From an uncultured Acidobacteriota bacterium (lineage in GTDB: Bacteria; Acidobacteriota; Thermoanaerobaculia; UBA5066), in assembly GCA_963779415.1 (NCBI GenBank), contig CAVZYA010000002.1, positions 576,001 to 640,000 on the forward strand: a stretch of 64,000 bases of DNA, read 5' to 3'. A program made the translations under genes and the position numbers. Numbering within the stretch: position 1 is the first letter of the stretch; each line of letters opens with the position of its first letter. A model generated the notes under the pieces. The model was not told the origin of the DNA. It was given only the letters and a program-made list of their open reading frames with translations, and made no database searches. Shown piece by piece: positions 39,311-48,339 of the stretch.

Positions 39311-39807
39311 CCGGCCGAGAGGGCGCGACGAAGGGCGCCGCGGCGGAGGAGACGGTGAAGATCGTCGCCACGAATCGCCGGGCGTTCTACGAGTACCACG
39401 TCGAGGAGAAGATCGAGGCGGGGGTGGCCCTGACGGGGACCGAGGTCAAGTCGCTCCGCGAAGGGCGCGCGAGCCTCGCGGACGGCTATGTCGCCGTCGA
39501 GGGGCGCGAGGCGTGGCTCTGGAACGTCCACGTCCCGCCCTACACGGCGGGGAGCTGGAACAACCCCGACCCGAAGCGGAAGCGGAAGCTCCTTCTCCAC
39601 CGGCGCGAGATCGACCGCCTCGCCTCGAAGATCCAGCGGTCCGGCGCCACCTGCATCCCGCTCTCGATCTACTTCAAGGGGTCGCGGGTGAAGGTCCAGG
39701 TCGCCCTCGTCACCGGCAAGAAGCTCCGGGACAAACGCGAGACGATCCGCCGGCGCGAGGCCGACCGCGAGGCACGCGCCGCGATCAAGGAGAACCGGCG
39801 GCGGTGA
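39307..39807 (+). CDS. smpB: SsrA-binding protein
   Basis: NRRAFYEY, EAGVALTGTEVKSLR, RKLLLHRREI, GKKLRDKR. Confidence 0.97.
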   Translation: MTGREGATKGAAAEETVKIVATNRRAFYEYHVEEKIEAGVALTGTEVKSLREGRASLADGYVAVEGREAWLWNVHVPPYTAGSWNNPDPKRKRKLLLHRREIDRLASKIQRSGATCIPLSIYFKGSRVKVQVALVTGKKLRDKRETIRRREADREARAAIKENRRR

Positions 39808-41647
39808 TCTCCGCGATCCGCGCGGCGATCCGCTCCGCCGCGCGGCGCCACGTCCAGCGCTCGGCCATCTCGGCGGCGGCGTGCGCCCCCTTCGCCCGCG
39901 CTTCGTCACGGTTCTCGTAGACGTGACGCAGCAGGTGCGCGAGGTGCTCGGGGTCGGGCTCGGCCCAGCGGGAACCCTCGTAGTTCGGGTTGGACGAGAC
40001 GGCGGGTGCGAGCCCGCGAATCTCCAGTGGATACGCGATGCGCTCGTGCACGAACTCGCGGTGGGCGCCCCAATCCGTGGCAATGGCCGGCAGACCGCAC
40101 GCCATGGCCTCCATGAGGGGCATGTCCCAGCCCTCGCCCCGGCTCGCCGAGACGTAACACTCGGCGGATCGGTAGAGCATCCCCATCTGCGAGTAGGGGT
40201 ACTCCCTGTTGAGCAGGAAGGCGACGCGCCCTCCTCTCCTCCGCAGACCGAGCGCCCGCACCTCGGCCATGACGTTCCTGTCCCACCGACCGTTCAGCAC
40301 CTTGCACACGAGCAGCGCGGGCTCCGAGGCGCGGAACGTCTGGTTGAAGACCGTGAGCAGAAGCTGCGGCGCCTTCCGCTCGCTCCATTCGAAGTTCGCC
40401 AGGAAGACGAAATCGCCGTTCGGGTTCGGGAGGCCGCGGATCGAGGGATTGAAGTGGTCCGTGTCGACGCCGAGGGGCATGGCGTGGATGGGCCTGGTCA
40501 CTCCGGACTCGAGCATCCCCACGCGGTTGAACGTCGAGGGGACCCAGAGCTCGTCCATCGTGTTCGACTGCCGAACCCATTCGGGCTGGAACCTGTCCGC
40601 CTCCATCATCGTGAAGCCGATCCGGTACCTCCCGCGGTTCTTCCAAAAGACGTCCCCCTGCGCGTAGACGACCGAGACGGGAGGCCTCCGCCCCGGCCGA
40701 CGTCGCGCGATGACGTCGAGCCGGTGGTCGCCCGTCCCCTCGGACTCCGGGGTCGGGAAGGGAGTGCCGGGCCCGTAGACGTACTCGTAGCTCGCCCGGG
40801 TGCCTCGTTCGTCGAGGGCGCGAAGAAGCTCCCGCGCGCTGATGGCATAGCCGGTCGGGAAATTCAGGATCGACTGCCAGTGGAGAGCCTGCGTCTGGCG
40901 CCGCAGAAGCGCCCCTTCCCAGCGTCTCCGAAAGACGGCGCGACTCGCCCGGAAGAGCCGGGCGAACGTCTCGGGGGTGTCCTCGGTCGAGCCGTGCTCG
41001 CGGTGGACGAGCGTCACCGCACCGCAGCAGACCGTCCGGAATCCCCTCGCGCGGGCCCGGAGGCAGAAATCCGTGTCCTCGAAGTACGACGTGTACTCCT
41101 CGGAGAGGCCGCCGATGGCATCGAGCACCTCGCGCTTGAGATACGCGCAGGCGAAGACGATCCCTTCCACGTCGCGAGTGGCGGCGTACTGGTTCACATC
41201 CGTCTCCCGTGAGCCGAGCTGCTGGCCCCGGAGGGTGTCGGGAAGGATGTACGTTCCGGCGTGGGCGAGCCGCCCGTCCGGAAAGACGAGCCGGCAGCCG
41301 ACGATCCCGATGTCCGGCGACGCGTGCGCGGAGCGCCGCAGCTCGTCCAGCCAGCCCTTCTGCGTGATCTCGACGTCGTTGTTCAGGAGGAGGACGTCGC
41401 CCTTCGGGTCGGCCGCGCCGATCCCGGCGTTGTTCCCGCGGACGAATCCGAGGTTTCCGGGAAGCGTCACGACGCGGACCCAGTCGTAATCCTTCAGCCG
41501 CGACGGCGTCTCGTCGGCCGAGCCGTTGTCCACCGCGAGGACCGTGACGTCGGAAAGGTCCGTCTTTTCGCGGAGCGTCGCGAGGCAGCGCTCCGTCAGC
41601 GCCCACCGGTTCCAGCAGAGGATGACGACCGTGACCGGGCGCGGCAT
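39785..41647 (-). CDS. bifunctional GT2 + GT4 glycosyltransferase
   Basis: N-terminal VDNGSAD, NLGFVRGNN, LNND, YFEDTDFC; C-terminal SRGEGWDMPLMEAMACGLP. Confidence 0.9.
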   Translation of the reverse strand: MPRPVTVVILCWNRWALTERCLATLREKTDLSDVTVLAVDNGSADETPSRLKDYDWVRVVTLPGNLGFVRGNNAGIGAADPKGDVLLLNNDVEITQKGWLDELRRSAHASPDIGIVGCRLVFPDGRLAHAGTYILPDTLRGQQLGSRETDVNQYAATRDVEGIVFACAYLKREVLDAIGGLSEEYTSYFEDTDFCLRARARGFRTVCCGAVTLVHREHGSTEDTPETFARLFRASRAVFRRRWEGALLRRQTQALHWQSILNFPTGYAISARELLRALDERGTRASYEYVYGPGTPFPTPESEGTGDHRLDVIARRRPGRRPPVSVVYAQGDVFWKNRGRYRIGFTMMEADRFQPEWVRQSNTMDELWVPSTFNRVGMLESGVTRPIHAMPLGVDTDHFNPSIRGLPNPNGDFVFLANFEWSERKAPQLLLTVFNQTFRASEPALLVCKVLNGRWDRNVMAEVRALGLRRRGGRVAFLLNREYPYSQMGMLYRSAECYVSASRGEGWDMPLMEAMACGLPAIATDWGAHREFVHERIAYPLEIRGLAPAVSSNPNYEGSRWAEPDPEHLAHLLRHVYENRDEARAKGAHAAAEMAERWTWRRAAERIAARIAEITAAGSP

Positions 41648-41652
41648 CGTGG

Positions 41653-41934
41653 TCAGTCGTGCCCGGGCGGCGCGGTCCGCGCCCAGAGGCTCCGGATCTC
41701 GGGCTCCACGTCGGCCGGCGTCAGATGCGGGCCATCCTCGCCGGGGTGCATCACCGGCGGAACCGATCGACGCGCCTCTCCGGCGGACACGCCGAACTCC
41801 AGATCGTCGAGATACTCCGGCGGGAGGATCGCGGCGAGAGCGTCAAGCCGCTCGTGAAGGCGCCGGTTCACGGCCTCGAGCGCTTCGGCCCGGGCCTTCC
41901 AGTAAACCGCGCTCCTCCGGTCGGCCGTCGTCAC
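41653..41934 (-). CDS. hypothetical protein (93 aa)
   Basis: Coupled to upstream ORF by GTGA overlap; ends 5 nt before the GT start. Confidence 0.55.
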   Translation of the reverse strand: MTTADRRSAVYWKARAEALEAVNRRLHERLDALAAILPPEYLDDLEFGVSAGEARRSVPPVMHPGEDGPHLTPADVEPEIRSLWARTAPPGHD

Positions 41935-42203
41935 CAGCGTCTCCCGAAGAGGCCGCGGACGGCCTGAAGCGCCCTCCAGCCGGCCGAGCCGTGCAGGTTC
42001 CTGACGTACGTCTCCCGCTCGTTCAGCCGCCCGCGGACGGCGGCGAAATCCAGCTTCGAAAGCGCCAGCTCCTGCCGGAGCCGCCGGATCTCCTCTTCCG
42101 CGCTCCTGCGCGCCGTGCGGGCCAGGTCGCGTTCGGCGAGCGCCTCCTCGAGGCGCACCTCGAGAGCGGCGAGATCGCTTTCGAGGTTCCGCGCGTCTTC
42201 CAA
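41931..42203 (-). CDS. small coiled-coil protein ending in S-x-G-W-R motif (90 aa)
   Basis: Heptad-rich LESDLAALEVRLEEALAERD..., C-terminal HGSAGWRALQAVR. Confidence 0.6.
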   Translation of the reverse strand: MEDARNLESDLAALEVRLEEALAERDLARTARRSAEEEIRRLRQELALSKLDFAAVRGRLNERETYVRNLHGSAGWRALQAVRGLFGRRW

Positions 42204-42234
42204 GCGGATTCGAGTCTACCCTTCCGCCGCGCCG

Positions 42235-43341
42235 TCACAGCTCCCGGAGCGCCCGCGCGGGGCGGATCCGGAGGGCGTGGACGAGCGGCGGGAGAGACGC
42301 GACGAGTCCCGCGAGGAGAAGCGTTCCGATCCCCTCGATCGTCGTGGAGAGGCCAAGCCGCGCCGGAACGACGCCGAGAGTGTCCCTCTTTGCGAGGAAG
42401 TGCAGAAGGACCGACGCCGCGGGGAGGCCGAGCGCGGCTCCGGCGAGCGCGAGGAAGAGGCCCTCCGAGACCACGAGCCTCGCGATCCGCCCACGCCGCC
42501 AGCCGAGGGCGCGGAGAAGCCCCATCTCGCCCGTCCGCTCCGCGACGTTCATCGAGAGGGTGTTCGAGACGCCGAGCGTCGCGATGACGAGGGCGAGAAT
42601 CGCGAGCGCGCGGGCGAACCGCCGGAGGTCCTTCAGCCACTCCTGCTGCCGGGCGAAGATCTCCGCAGGCGTCGCCTCCAGCCCGGGGATCCTCGTGCCG
42701 ATCGACGCGGCCGCCTCTCCGGCGTCGGTTCCCGGGAGAAGGCCGACGAGCGCCAGGTTCGAGAGGCTCCCGAGCCGGAACGCCTGCTGCGCGAGGGGAA
42801 GGTCCATCACGACCCCGCCGTCCAGGAGCCGCCGTCCCGTCCGGTAGACGCCGACGACGTCGAACTCCCGCCGGCCGACGATGGAGACGCGGTCGCCGAG
42901 CGAAAGCTCCAGCTCGCGCGCCGCGACGTCGCCGACGAGAAGCTCGTCCTTCCCGGCCGCATAGATCCGTCCGGAGGAAAGCTCGAGCCCGAGAGTCTCG
43001 AGCGTCCCGGGGGCCGCGCCGAAGATGTAGAAGCGCGGCCGTGTCGCCACCCTCGTCACGCCCACGACGACCGGCGAGACTTTCGCCACGCCCGGGACGG
43101 TACGAAGCGCCTCCAGCTCCTCGGGCGCGATCCGAGAGTTCCACGGGATCGGGATCCCCTCCTTCTGGACGATCAGGTCGATCCGGAAGCTCCGGATCAC
43201 GGATTCGGTCTCGGCCTCGAGGCCGGCCGACGCCGAGGCGAGCACCACGTACGTTGCGGCGGCGATGGCGATGCCGAGAGCCGTCAGCCCGGTCCGGAGC
43301 GGGCGGCGGAGGAGGTTGCGCAGCGCGATCGGCAAGGTCAT
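42235..43341 (-). CDS. MacB/LolE-type (type VII) ABC permease, copy 1
   Basis: RNLLRRPLRTGLTALGI, NTLSMNVAERTGEMGLLRALGW, IRPARALREL. Confidence 0.9.
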   Translation of the reverse strand: MTLPIALRNLLRRPLRTGLTALGIAIAAATYVVLASASAGLEAETESVIRSFRIDLIVQKEGIPIPWNSRIAPEELEALRTVPGVAKVSPVVVGVTRVATRPRFYIFGAAPGTLETLGLELSSGRIYAAGKDELLVGDVAARELELSLGDRVSIVGRREFDVVGVYRTGRRLLDGGVVMDLPLAQQAFRLGSLSNLALVGLLPGTDAGEAAASIGTRIPGLEATPAEIFARQQEWLKDLRRFARALAILALVIATLGVSNTLSMNVAERTGEMGLLRALGWRRGRIARLVVSEGLFLALAGAALGLPAASVLLHFLAKRDTLGVVPARLGLSTTIEGIGTLLLAGLVASLPPLVHALRIRPARALREL

Positions 43342-43364
43342 CCCGAGTGCCTATAGTGTCGCCG

Positions 43365-44318
43365 ATGACGTGGCGCCACGGCTTCCTGCTCGCGCTGTGC
43401 CTCGCGGGATGCCGTCGGCCGGCTCCGGCGCCCGCGCCGGCTCCGGTCCCGCGCCCCGACGGCGCGATCGAGTCGCTCCGGCCGCTCTTCCGCACGGAGC
43501 GCTCCGAGTATTTCGCGCTGACGTACTGGAGCGACGGCCTCCGCGTGGAGGGCTTCCTGGGCCGCCCGCGCTCCGGCGCCCCGCACCCGGCGGTCGTCTT
43601 CAACCGCGCGGGGCATCTCAACCTCGCGTCGCTCCGCGGGCCCGAGATCGTCCCGCTCGTCGAGGCCGGATTCGTCACCGCCGCGTCGCAGTACCGGGGC
43701 AACGCCGGGAGCGAAGGGCGCGAGGAGTTCGGCGGGGCCGATGTGGACGATGTCCTCAATCTCGTCCCGCTCCTGAAGAGCCTTCCCGAGGTCGACCCGG
43801 AGCGGATCGGGATGCTGGGCTGGTCCCGGGGCGGGACGATGACCTACCTCGCCCTCCGGCAGGAGACGCGGCGCGGCGCGCACGACATCAAGGTCGGCGT
43901 CGCCATCGGCGCCACGGCCGACTTCACGGAGGGAGCCTGGGAAAGGCTCCAGATGCTGGCCGTCTTTGCCGAACAGGTCGGGAAGCGGAAGGAGTCGCAC
44001 GTCGACCCCTCCCGCGAGCGCTCGGCGGTGGCGTGGCCCGAGCTGATCAACGCGCCGCTCCTCATCGAGCACGGCGAAGCCGACGCCCTCGCGTCCGTCG
44101 AGAAGGCGCGGCTCCTCGCTTCCCTTCTCGAGAAGGCCGGAAAGACGGTGAAGCTCGTCACCTACCCGGGAGACGACCACGCGCTCGACGCGCACGAGAA
44201 CGGCTACCCCGAAGCGCTGGAATGGCTCGCGAAGTACATCGGCAGGCCGGGCGAGGACCACGCCTTCGCCCCCCACCGGGAGGAGATCTTCCGCGTCTTC
44301 AGGGCGTGGCCTCGTTAG
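43365..44318 (+). CDS. S9 family peptidase / alpha-beta hydrolase, probable lipoprotein
   Basis: LAGC lipobox, SQYRG, GWSRGG nucleophile, HGEAD, GDDH. Confidence 0.85.
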   Translation: MTWRHGFLLALCLAGCRRPAPAPAPAPVPRPDGAIESLRPLFRTERSEYFALTYWSDGLRVEGFLGRPRSGAPHPAVVFNRAGHLNLASLRGPEIVPLVEAGFVTAASQYRGNAGSEGREEFGGADVDDVLNLVPLLKSLPEVDPERIGMLGWSRGGTMTYLALRQETRRGAHDIKVGVAIGATADFTEGAWERLQMLAVFAEQVGKRKESHVDPSRERSAVAWPELINAPLLIEHGEADALASVEKARLLASLLEKAGKTVKLVTYPGDDHALDAHENGYPEALEWLAKYIGRPGEDHAFAPHREEIFRVFRAWPR

Positions 44319-44334
44319 GGCCGCCGCCGCCCCG

Positions 44335-45435
44335 TCAAAGCTCGCGGAGCGCCCGCGCGGGGCGGATCCTCAGCGCGTGGAGAAGAGGCGGCACGCCCGC
44401 GATCAGGCCGGCGGCGAGGACGGCGGCAAGCCCGTTTGCGGCCGTCGCGACGGGGAGCGTCCCCGGGACGATCCCCATGTAGTCGCCCGTCCGGAGGGCG
44501 GCGAGAACCGCTGACGCGAGCGGAACGCCGAGCGCCGCGCCCGCGGCCGAAAGGATCAGCCCCTCGGAGAGAACGAGTCGGGCGATCCGGGAGCGCCGCC
44601 ACCCGAGCGCGCGCAGGAGTCCCAGTTCGCCCGTCCGCTCGGCCACGTTCATCGAAAGGGTGTTCGAGACGCCGAGCGCCGCGATGACGACGGCGAGGAG
44701 CGCGAGCGCGCGGGCGAAGCGGGCGAAGTCGCCCAGCCACTTCTGCTGGTTCGCGAAGAGATCGGCCGGCACGGCCTCCAGCTCGGGGGTCCTGGCGGCG
44801 ACGCCCGCCGCGACGGTATCCGCGCGCGCCCCGGGCGCGAGGCCGACGAGGACGAGGTTCACGACGTTCCCCTGCCGGAAGACCTCCTGCGCGGAGGGGA
44901 TGTCCAGAAGCACGCCGCCGTCGAGGATCTGCCTCCCGGTCCGGTAGATCCCGACCACCGTCAGCTCCCGCCGTCCGACGATGGCCACCCGGTCGCCGGG
45001 CGAAAGCGAAAGCTCCCGTGCGGCCTCGACGCCTGCGAGAAGCTCGCCCTTTCCCACGTCGAACGGACGCCCTTTTTCGATCGTGATGCCGAGAATCCCC
45101 GGCCGATCCGGCTCGAATCCGAAAACGAAGAAACGCGGCCGTGTCTCGAGCTTCGTCACGCCGATCACGACGGGGGAGACCTCGGCGACGCCGGGGAGCC
45201 GCCGGATGATCTCCACCTCCTCGGGCGAGATGCGTGACTGCCATGGGAACGGCATCCCGCCCCGCTGGACGATCAGGTCGATCCGGAGGCTCGCCACGAT
45301 CTTTCCGGTCTCCTCGACGACCCCGGCCGCCGCGGACGCGAGAACGAGGTACGTCGCGGCGCCGAGGGCGATTCCGAGCAGCGTCAGGAGGCTCCGGAGC
45401 GGGCGGCGGACGAGATTGCGGATGGCGAATGGCAT
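44335..45435 (-). CDS. MacB/LolE-type ABC permease, copy 2
   Basis: RNLVRRPLRSLLTLLGI, NTLSMNVAERTGELGLLRALGW, IRPARALREL; paralog of 42235..43341. Confidence 0.9.
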   Translation of the reverse strand: MPFAIRNLVRRPLRSLLTLLGIALGAATYLVLASAAAGVVEETGKIVASLRIDLIVQRGGMPFPWQSRISPEEVEIIRRLPGVAEVSPVVIGVTKLETRPRFFVFGFEPDRPGILGITIEKGRPFDVGKGELLAGVEAARELSLSPGDRVAIVGRRELTVVGIYRTGRQILDGGVLLDIPSAQEVFRQGNVVNLVLVGLAPGARADTVAAGVAARTPELEAVPADLFANQQKWLGDFARFARALALLAVVIAALGVSNTLSMNVAERTGELGLLRALGWRRSRIARLVLSEGLILSAAGAALGVPLASAVLAALRTGDYMGIVPGTLPVATAANGLAAVLAAGLIAGVPPLLHALRIRPARALREL

Positions 45436-45466
45436 GGCGGTGCGGGGTCCCCTATAGTCGCTCACG

Positions 45467-46156
45467 ATGCCGCCGGGTGTCTCGATCCGCCTCGAGAACG
45501 TCGCAAAGTCGTTCGACGGAGGCCTCGTGAAGGCGCTTCGCGGCGTCTCCTTGGAGGTCGCCGCCGGGGAGTCGGTCGCCATCATGGGGCCGACCGGGTG
45601 CGGCAAGTCGACGCTCCTTTCGATCGTCGGCCTCCTCGATGCGCCCGACTCGGGCGCCGTCTTCCTGGACGGCCGCCCGGCCTCCGATTTCGAGCCGGCC
45701 GAGGACTTCCGCGCCATGCGTGTCGGCTTCGTCTTCCAGTTCCACCACCTTCTCCCTCACCTCTCCGTCGTCGAGAACGTCGAGCTGCCTCTCGCGGGGC
45801 GGGTCGGCCGCGCCACGGCACGCTCGCGGGCCACGGAGGCGCTCACGCGCGTGGGGCTGGAGCACCGGGCGCGGACCCTCGCGGCCCGCGTCTCCGGAGG
45901 CGAGCGTCAGCTCGCGGCGCTTGCCCGCGCCCTCGTCGGGACGCCGGACCTGATCCTGGCCGACGAGCCGACGGGGAGCGTCGACTCCGAGACGGGGGGA
46001 CGGATCCTCGCGCTTCTCGAGGAGTGGTGCGCCACAACCTCGGGGACGCTCCTTCTCGTCTCGCACGACCTCACCGTCGCCGCTCGCTGCCGCCGTCTCG
46101 TGAAAATGCGTGACGGCGCCGTCACCGACGGCGCCGCCTCCACAGGCCAGGCCTGA
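45467..46156 (+). CDS. LolD/MacB-type ABC ATP-binding protein
   Basis: GPTGCGKST, GFVFQFHHLL, VSGGERQ, ADEPTGSVD. Confidence 0.92.
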   Translation: MPPGVSIRLENVAKSFDGGLVKALRGVSLEVAAGESVAIMGPTGCGKSTLLSIVGLLDAPDSGAVFLDGRPASDFEPAEDFRAMRVGFVFQFHHLLPHLSVVENVELPLAGRVGRATARSRATEALTRVGLEHRARTLAARVSGGERQLAALARALVGTPDLILADEPTGSVDSETGGRILALLEEWCATTSGTLLLVSHDLTVAARCRRLVKMRDGAVTDGAASTGQA

Positions 46157-46163
46157 ACGGGGA

Positions 46164-47246
46164 TCAGCGGTCTTCCACCTTCCGGAACATCGGTGCCGGC
46201 TCGGGATCGATGAGGCCCCGCGTCCGGAGCCAGTCCACGAACGGGTTGTTCTTGTAGACGTCGGCGCTCGGGCAGTGCTGGTTCTTGTAGGCCGTGACCC
46301 AGTTGTTGTAGCCCTGCCAGTCGATGAACGACGAGAGGACGAGCGGGTCTCCCGTTCCGTTGTCGGTCGTCGACGCGTAGGCGAAGAACGCCGGCTGGCT
46401 CGACAGGGCGTACTTCGTCGGGCAGTTCTTCGTGTCACAGGGGTTCGTGCAGAACGTGTTGGTCGCGGACGTGCAGGGGTCGGCCACCGTCGTCGGGTCG
46501 AGGCGGACCTCGATGCGGCCGGGGTTGGCGCCAAGAGTCGAGACCCCGAAGTTAGACATGCTCCACTGCTTGAAGGAGAGGGCCTCGACCGTCTGGGGCG
46601 ACTCCGGCACCACGAGAGCGCCGGCCGAGTTGAGGATCTTCACCAGAACCTTGATGCGGGTCGTCGAGAAGTTGGCTACGGAGAGGTTCGTCCGGTAGCC
46701 GGGGGCCGTCGTTCCGGTGTGGCGGACTCCCGGTATCACCGACGGGAAGGTCGTGATGTTCATCGCCGTCAGGTTCATGTCGGAGGCCGAGCTGTAGGTC
46801 CCTTTCGGGTCGCCGGTGTTGTAGGTCCGGGCGGTGATGGCGAGGAGGCCCGGGAACGCCGACGGCGGGCTCGATACGGCGCAGTTCACGGGGGTGATGT
46901 CCGCGAGAATCATGTAGCCCAGCGTTACGCCCGGCATGGGGGAGGCGTTCAGGTAGAGAGTGAGGGCGTCCTGCAACAGAGTGGTCTGTCCCGGCGAAAC
47001 GTTGAAGTAGACCGGAAAGGAGCCGGTGAATGTGTTGGCCACATTGGCCGGGAAGAGCTTCATCCCGACCTTGACGGTGGACGTCCCGAGGTTCGAGACC
47101 GAGATATCGGTCTGCCAGTAGGTACCGCCCTGTCCCTGTGCCTTCGTGACGACCGGGATGAAATAGAACGAATTGACGAGGTTCGCCGCCGCCGTGGTCG
47201 AGAGAAGAGAGAGCGCCACGACGACGGCGCCGAGAATCTTTCGCAT
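46164..47246 (-). CDS. secreted hypothetical protein with two beta-rich repeats and a Cys-rich insert
   Basis: Signal peptide MRKILGAVVVALSLLSTTAAA; IPVVTKAQGQGGTYWQTDISVSN / IPGVRHTG..GYRTNLSVAN; GAGGAGG SD. Confidence 0.8.
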   Translation of the reverse strand: MRKILGAVVVALSLLSTTAAANLVNSFYFIPVVTKAQGQGGTYWQTDISVSNLGTSTVKVGMKLFPANVANTFTGSFPVYFNVSPGQTTLLQDALTLYLNASPMPGVTLGYMILADITPVNCAVSSPPSAFPGLLAITARTYNTGDPKGTYSSASDMNLTAMNITTFPSVIPGVRHTGTTAPGYRTNLSVANFSTTRIKVLVKILNSAGALVVPESPQTVEALSFKQWSMSNFGVSTLGANPGRIEVRLDPTTVADPCTSATNTFCTNPCDTKNCPTKYALSSQPAFFAYASTTDNGTGDPLVLSSFIDWQGYNNWVTAYKNQHCPSADVYKNNPFVDWLRTRGLIDPEPAPMFRKVEDR

Positions 47247-47333
47247 ACCGCCTCCTCTGCGAGGAGCCGATAGACTCCCTTGGCGCGGAACACACGACCT
47301 CCGCGTTTCCATTGCTCCTCTTCTGTGAATTTA
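47247..47333 (-). promoter_or_regulatory. structured 5' leader with alternative SD/anti-SD pairing, preceded by a TAAATT -10 box
   Basis: GAGGAGC...CGCGGA-loop-UCCGCG...GCUCCUC-GCA-GAGGAGG-CGGU-AUG. Confidence 0.5.
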
Positions 47334-47505
47334 GGACGAACAGCGGCCGAACGCATGGTGCAGATGCTTCAAGCCGGAGATCCTCCCGGACCCGGTGATC
47401 GACATCCGCTCTCCACGAAGGGACATTTCGATCCCGTTACCGAGGGGAGATTTCCTCGGAGTCTCGACATTCAGAACCCGTCGACCTCGCAGCAGTTAGA
47501 CTTCA

Positions 47506-48339
47506 ATGGTTCGAATGGTCGCCGCGCCCCCGGTCTACGACTCCGCCCGCCACGACCTCCGCTTCGTCGAGGAGGCGCGTGACCTCTGGCGCTACCGGCA
47601 CCTGGTGGTCGAGCTCGTCCGGCGCGACATCACCGTCCGCTACAAACGTTCCGTTCTCGGGGTCGGCTGGACCATGCTGAGCCCTCTCCTGCAGATGCTC
47701 ACGATGACCTGGGTCTTTTCGGTCGTCCTCCGGCAGGACATCCGGAACTATCCCGTCTACTTCCTTTCGGGCCTGATCTTCTGGCAGTTTTTCGCGCAGG
47801 CGACCGGCCACGTGGCCTCCCTGCCCGTCGAAGCCCTCGAGATGGGCAAACGGATCTTCCTGCCGCGGTCCGCCTTCGTGCTGGCGGCGGTGGGCGTGGC
47901 CCTCGTTCACATGGTCCTGAGCCTCGTTCCTCTTCTCGTCATCGTCATCTGGACGGGGTCACCCGTCCATCTGACCTGGCTTTTTCTCCCCGTGGCCCTT
48001 GTCATCGGCGCCGCCTTCACGACGGGCGTGGGACTGCTGGTCTTCACCCTCGCGTCCCGCTTCGTCGATGTGAAGGAGATGTACATCATCGTCCTTCAAC
48101 TCTGGTTCTTCGTGACGCCGATCGTCTACTCGCCGAAGCTCGTCCCGGAGAGGTACCAGTTCGTGATCCGGTACAACCCGGCCACGTACCTCGTCGATCT
48201 CTTCCGAGCGCCGCTTTACAACGGCTGGCTTCCCGGCGTAAACACGCTGGCGTTCGCCATCATCGCCTCGCTCGTGAGCCTTTTTCTGGGCTGGCTTTTC
48301 TACTCGCAGAAGATGGAGGAGTATGGATCGCGGTTCTGA
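47506..48339 (+). CDS. wzm: polysaccharide ABC transporter permease (Wzm)
   Basis: RRDITVRYKRSVLGVGW, SGLIFWQFF, FFVTPIVYS, YNPATY. Confidence 0.92.
   Translation: MVRMVAAPPVYDSARHDLRFVEEARDLWRYRHLVVELVRRDITVRYKRSVLGVGWTMLSPLLQMLTMTWVFSVVLRQDIRNYPVYFLSGLIFWQFFAQATGHVASLPVEALEMGKRIFLPRSAFVLAAVGVALVHMVLSLVPLLVIVIWTGSPVHLTWLFLPVALVIGAAFTTGVGLLVFTLASRFVDVKEMYIIVLQLWFFVTPIVYSPKLVPERYQFVIRYNPATYLVDLFRAPLYNGWLPGVNTLAFAIIASLVSLFLGWLFYSQKMEEYGSRF

Noticed and set aside
39807-39900. tmRNA or integration site after smpB
   Set aside because: The sequence is the coding 3' end of the glycosyltransferase; no tRNA-like ends, integrase or direct repeats seen
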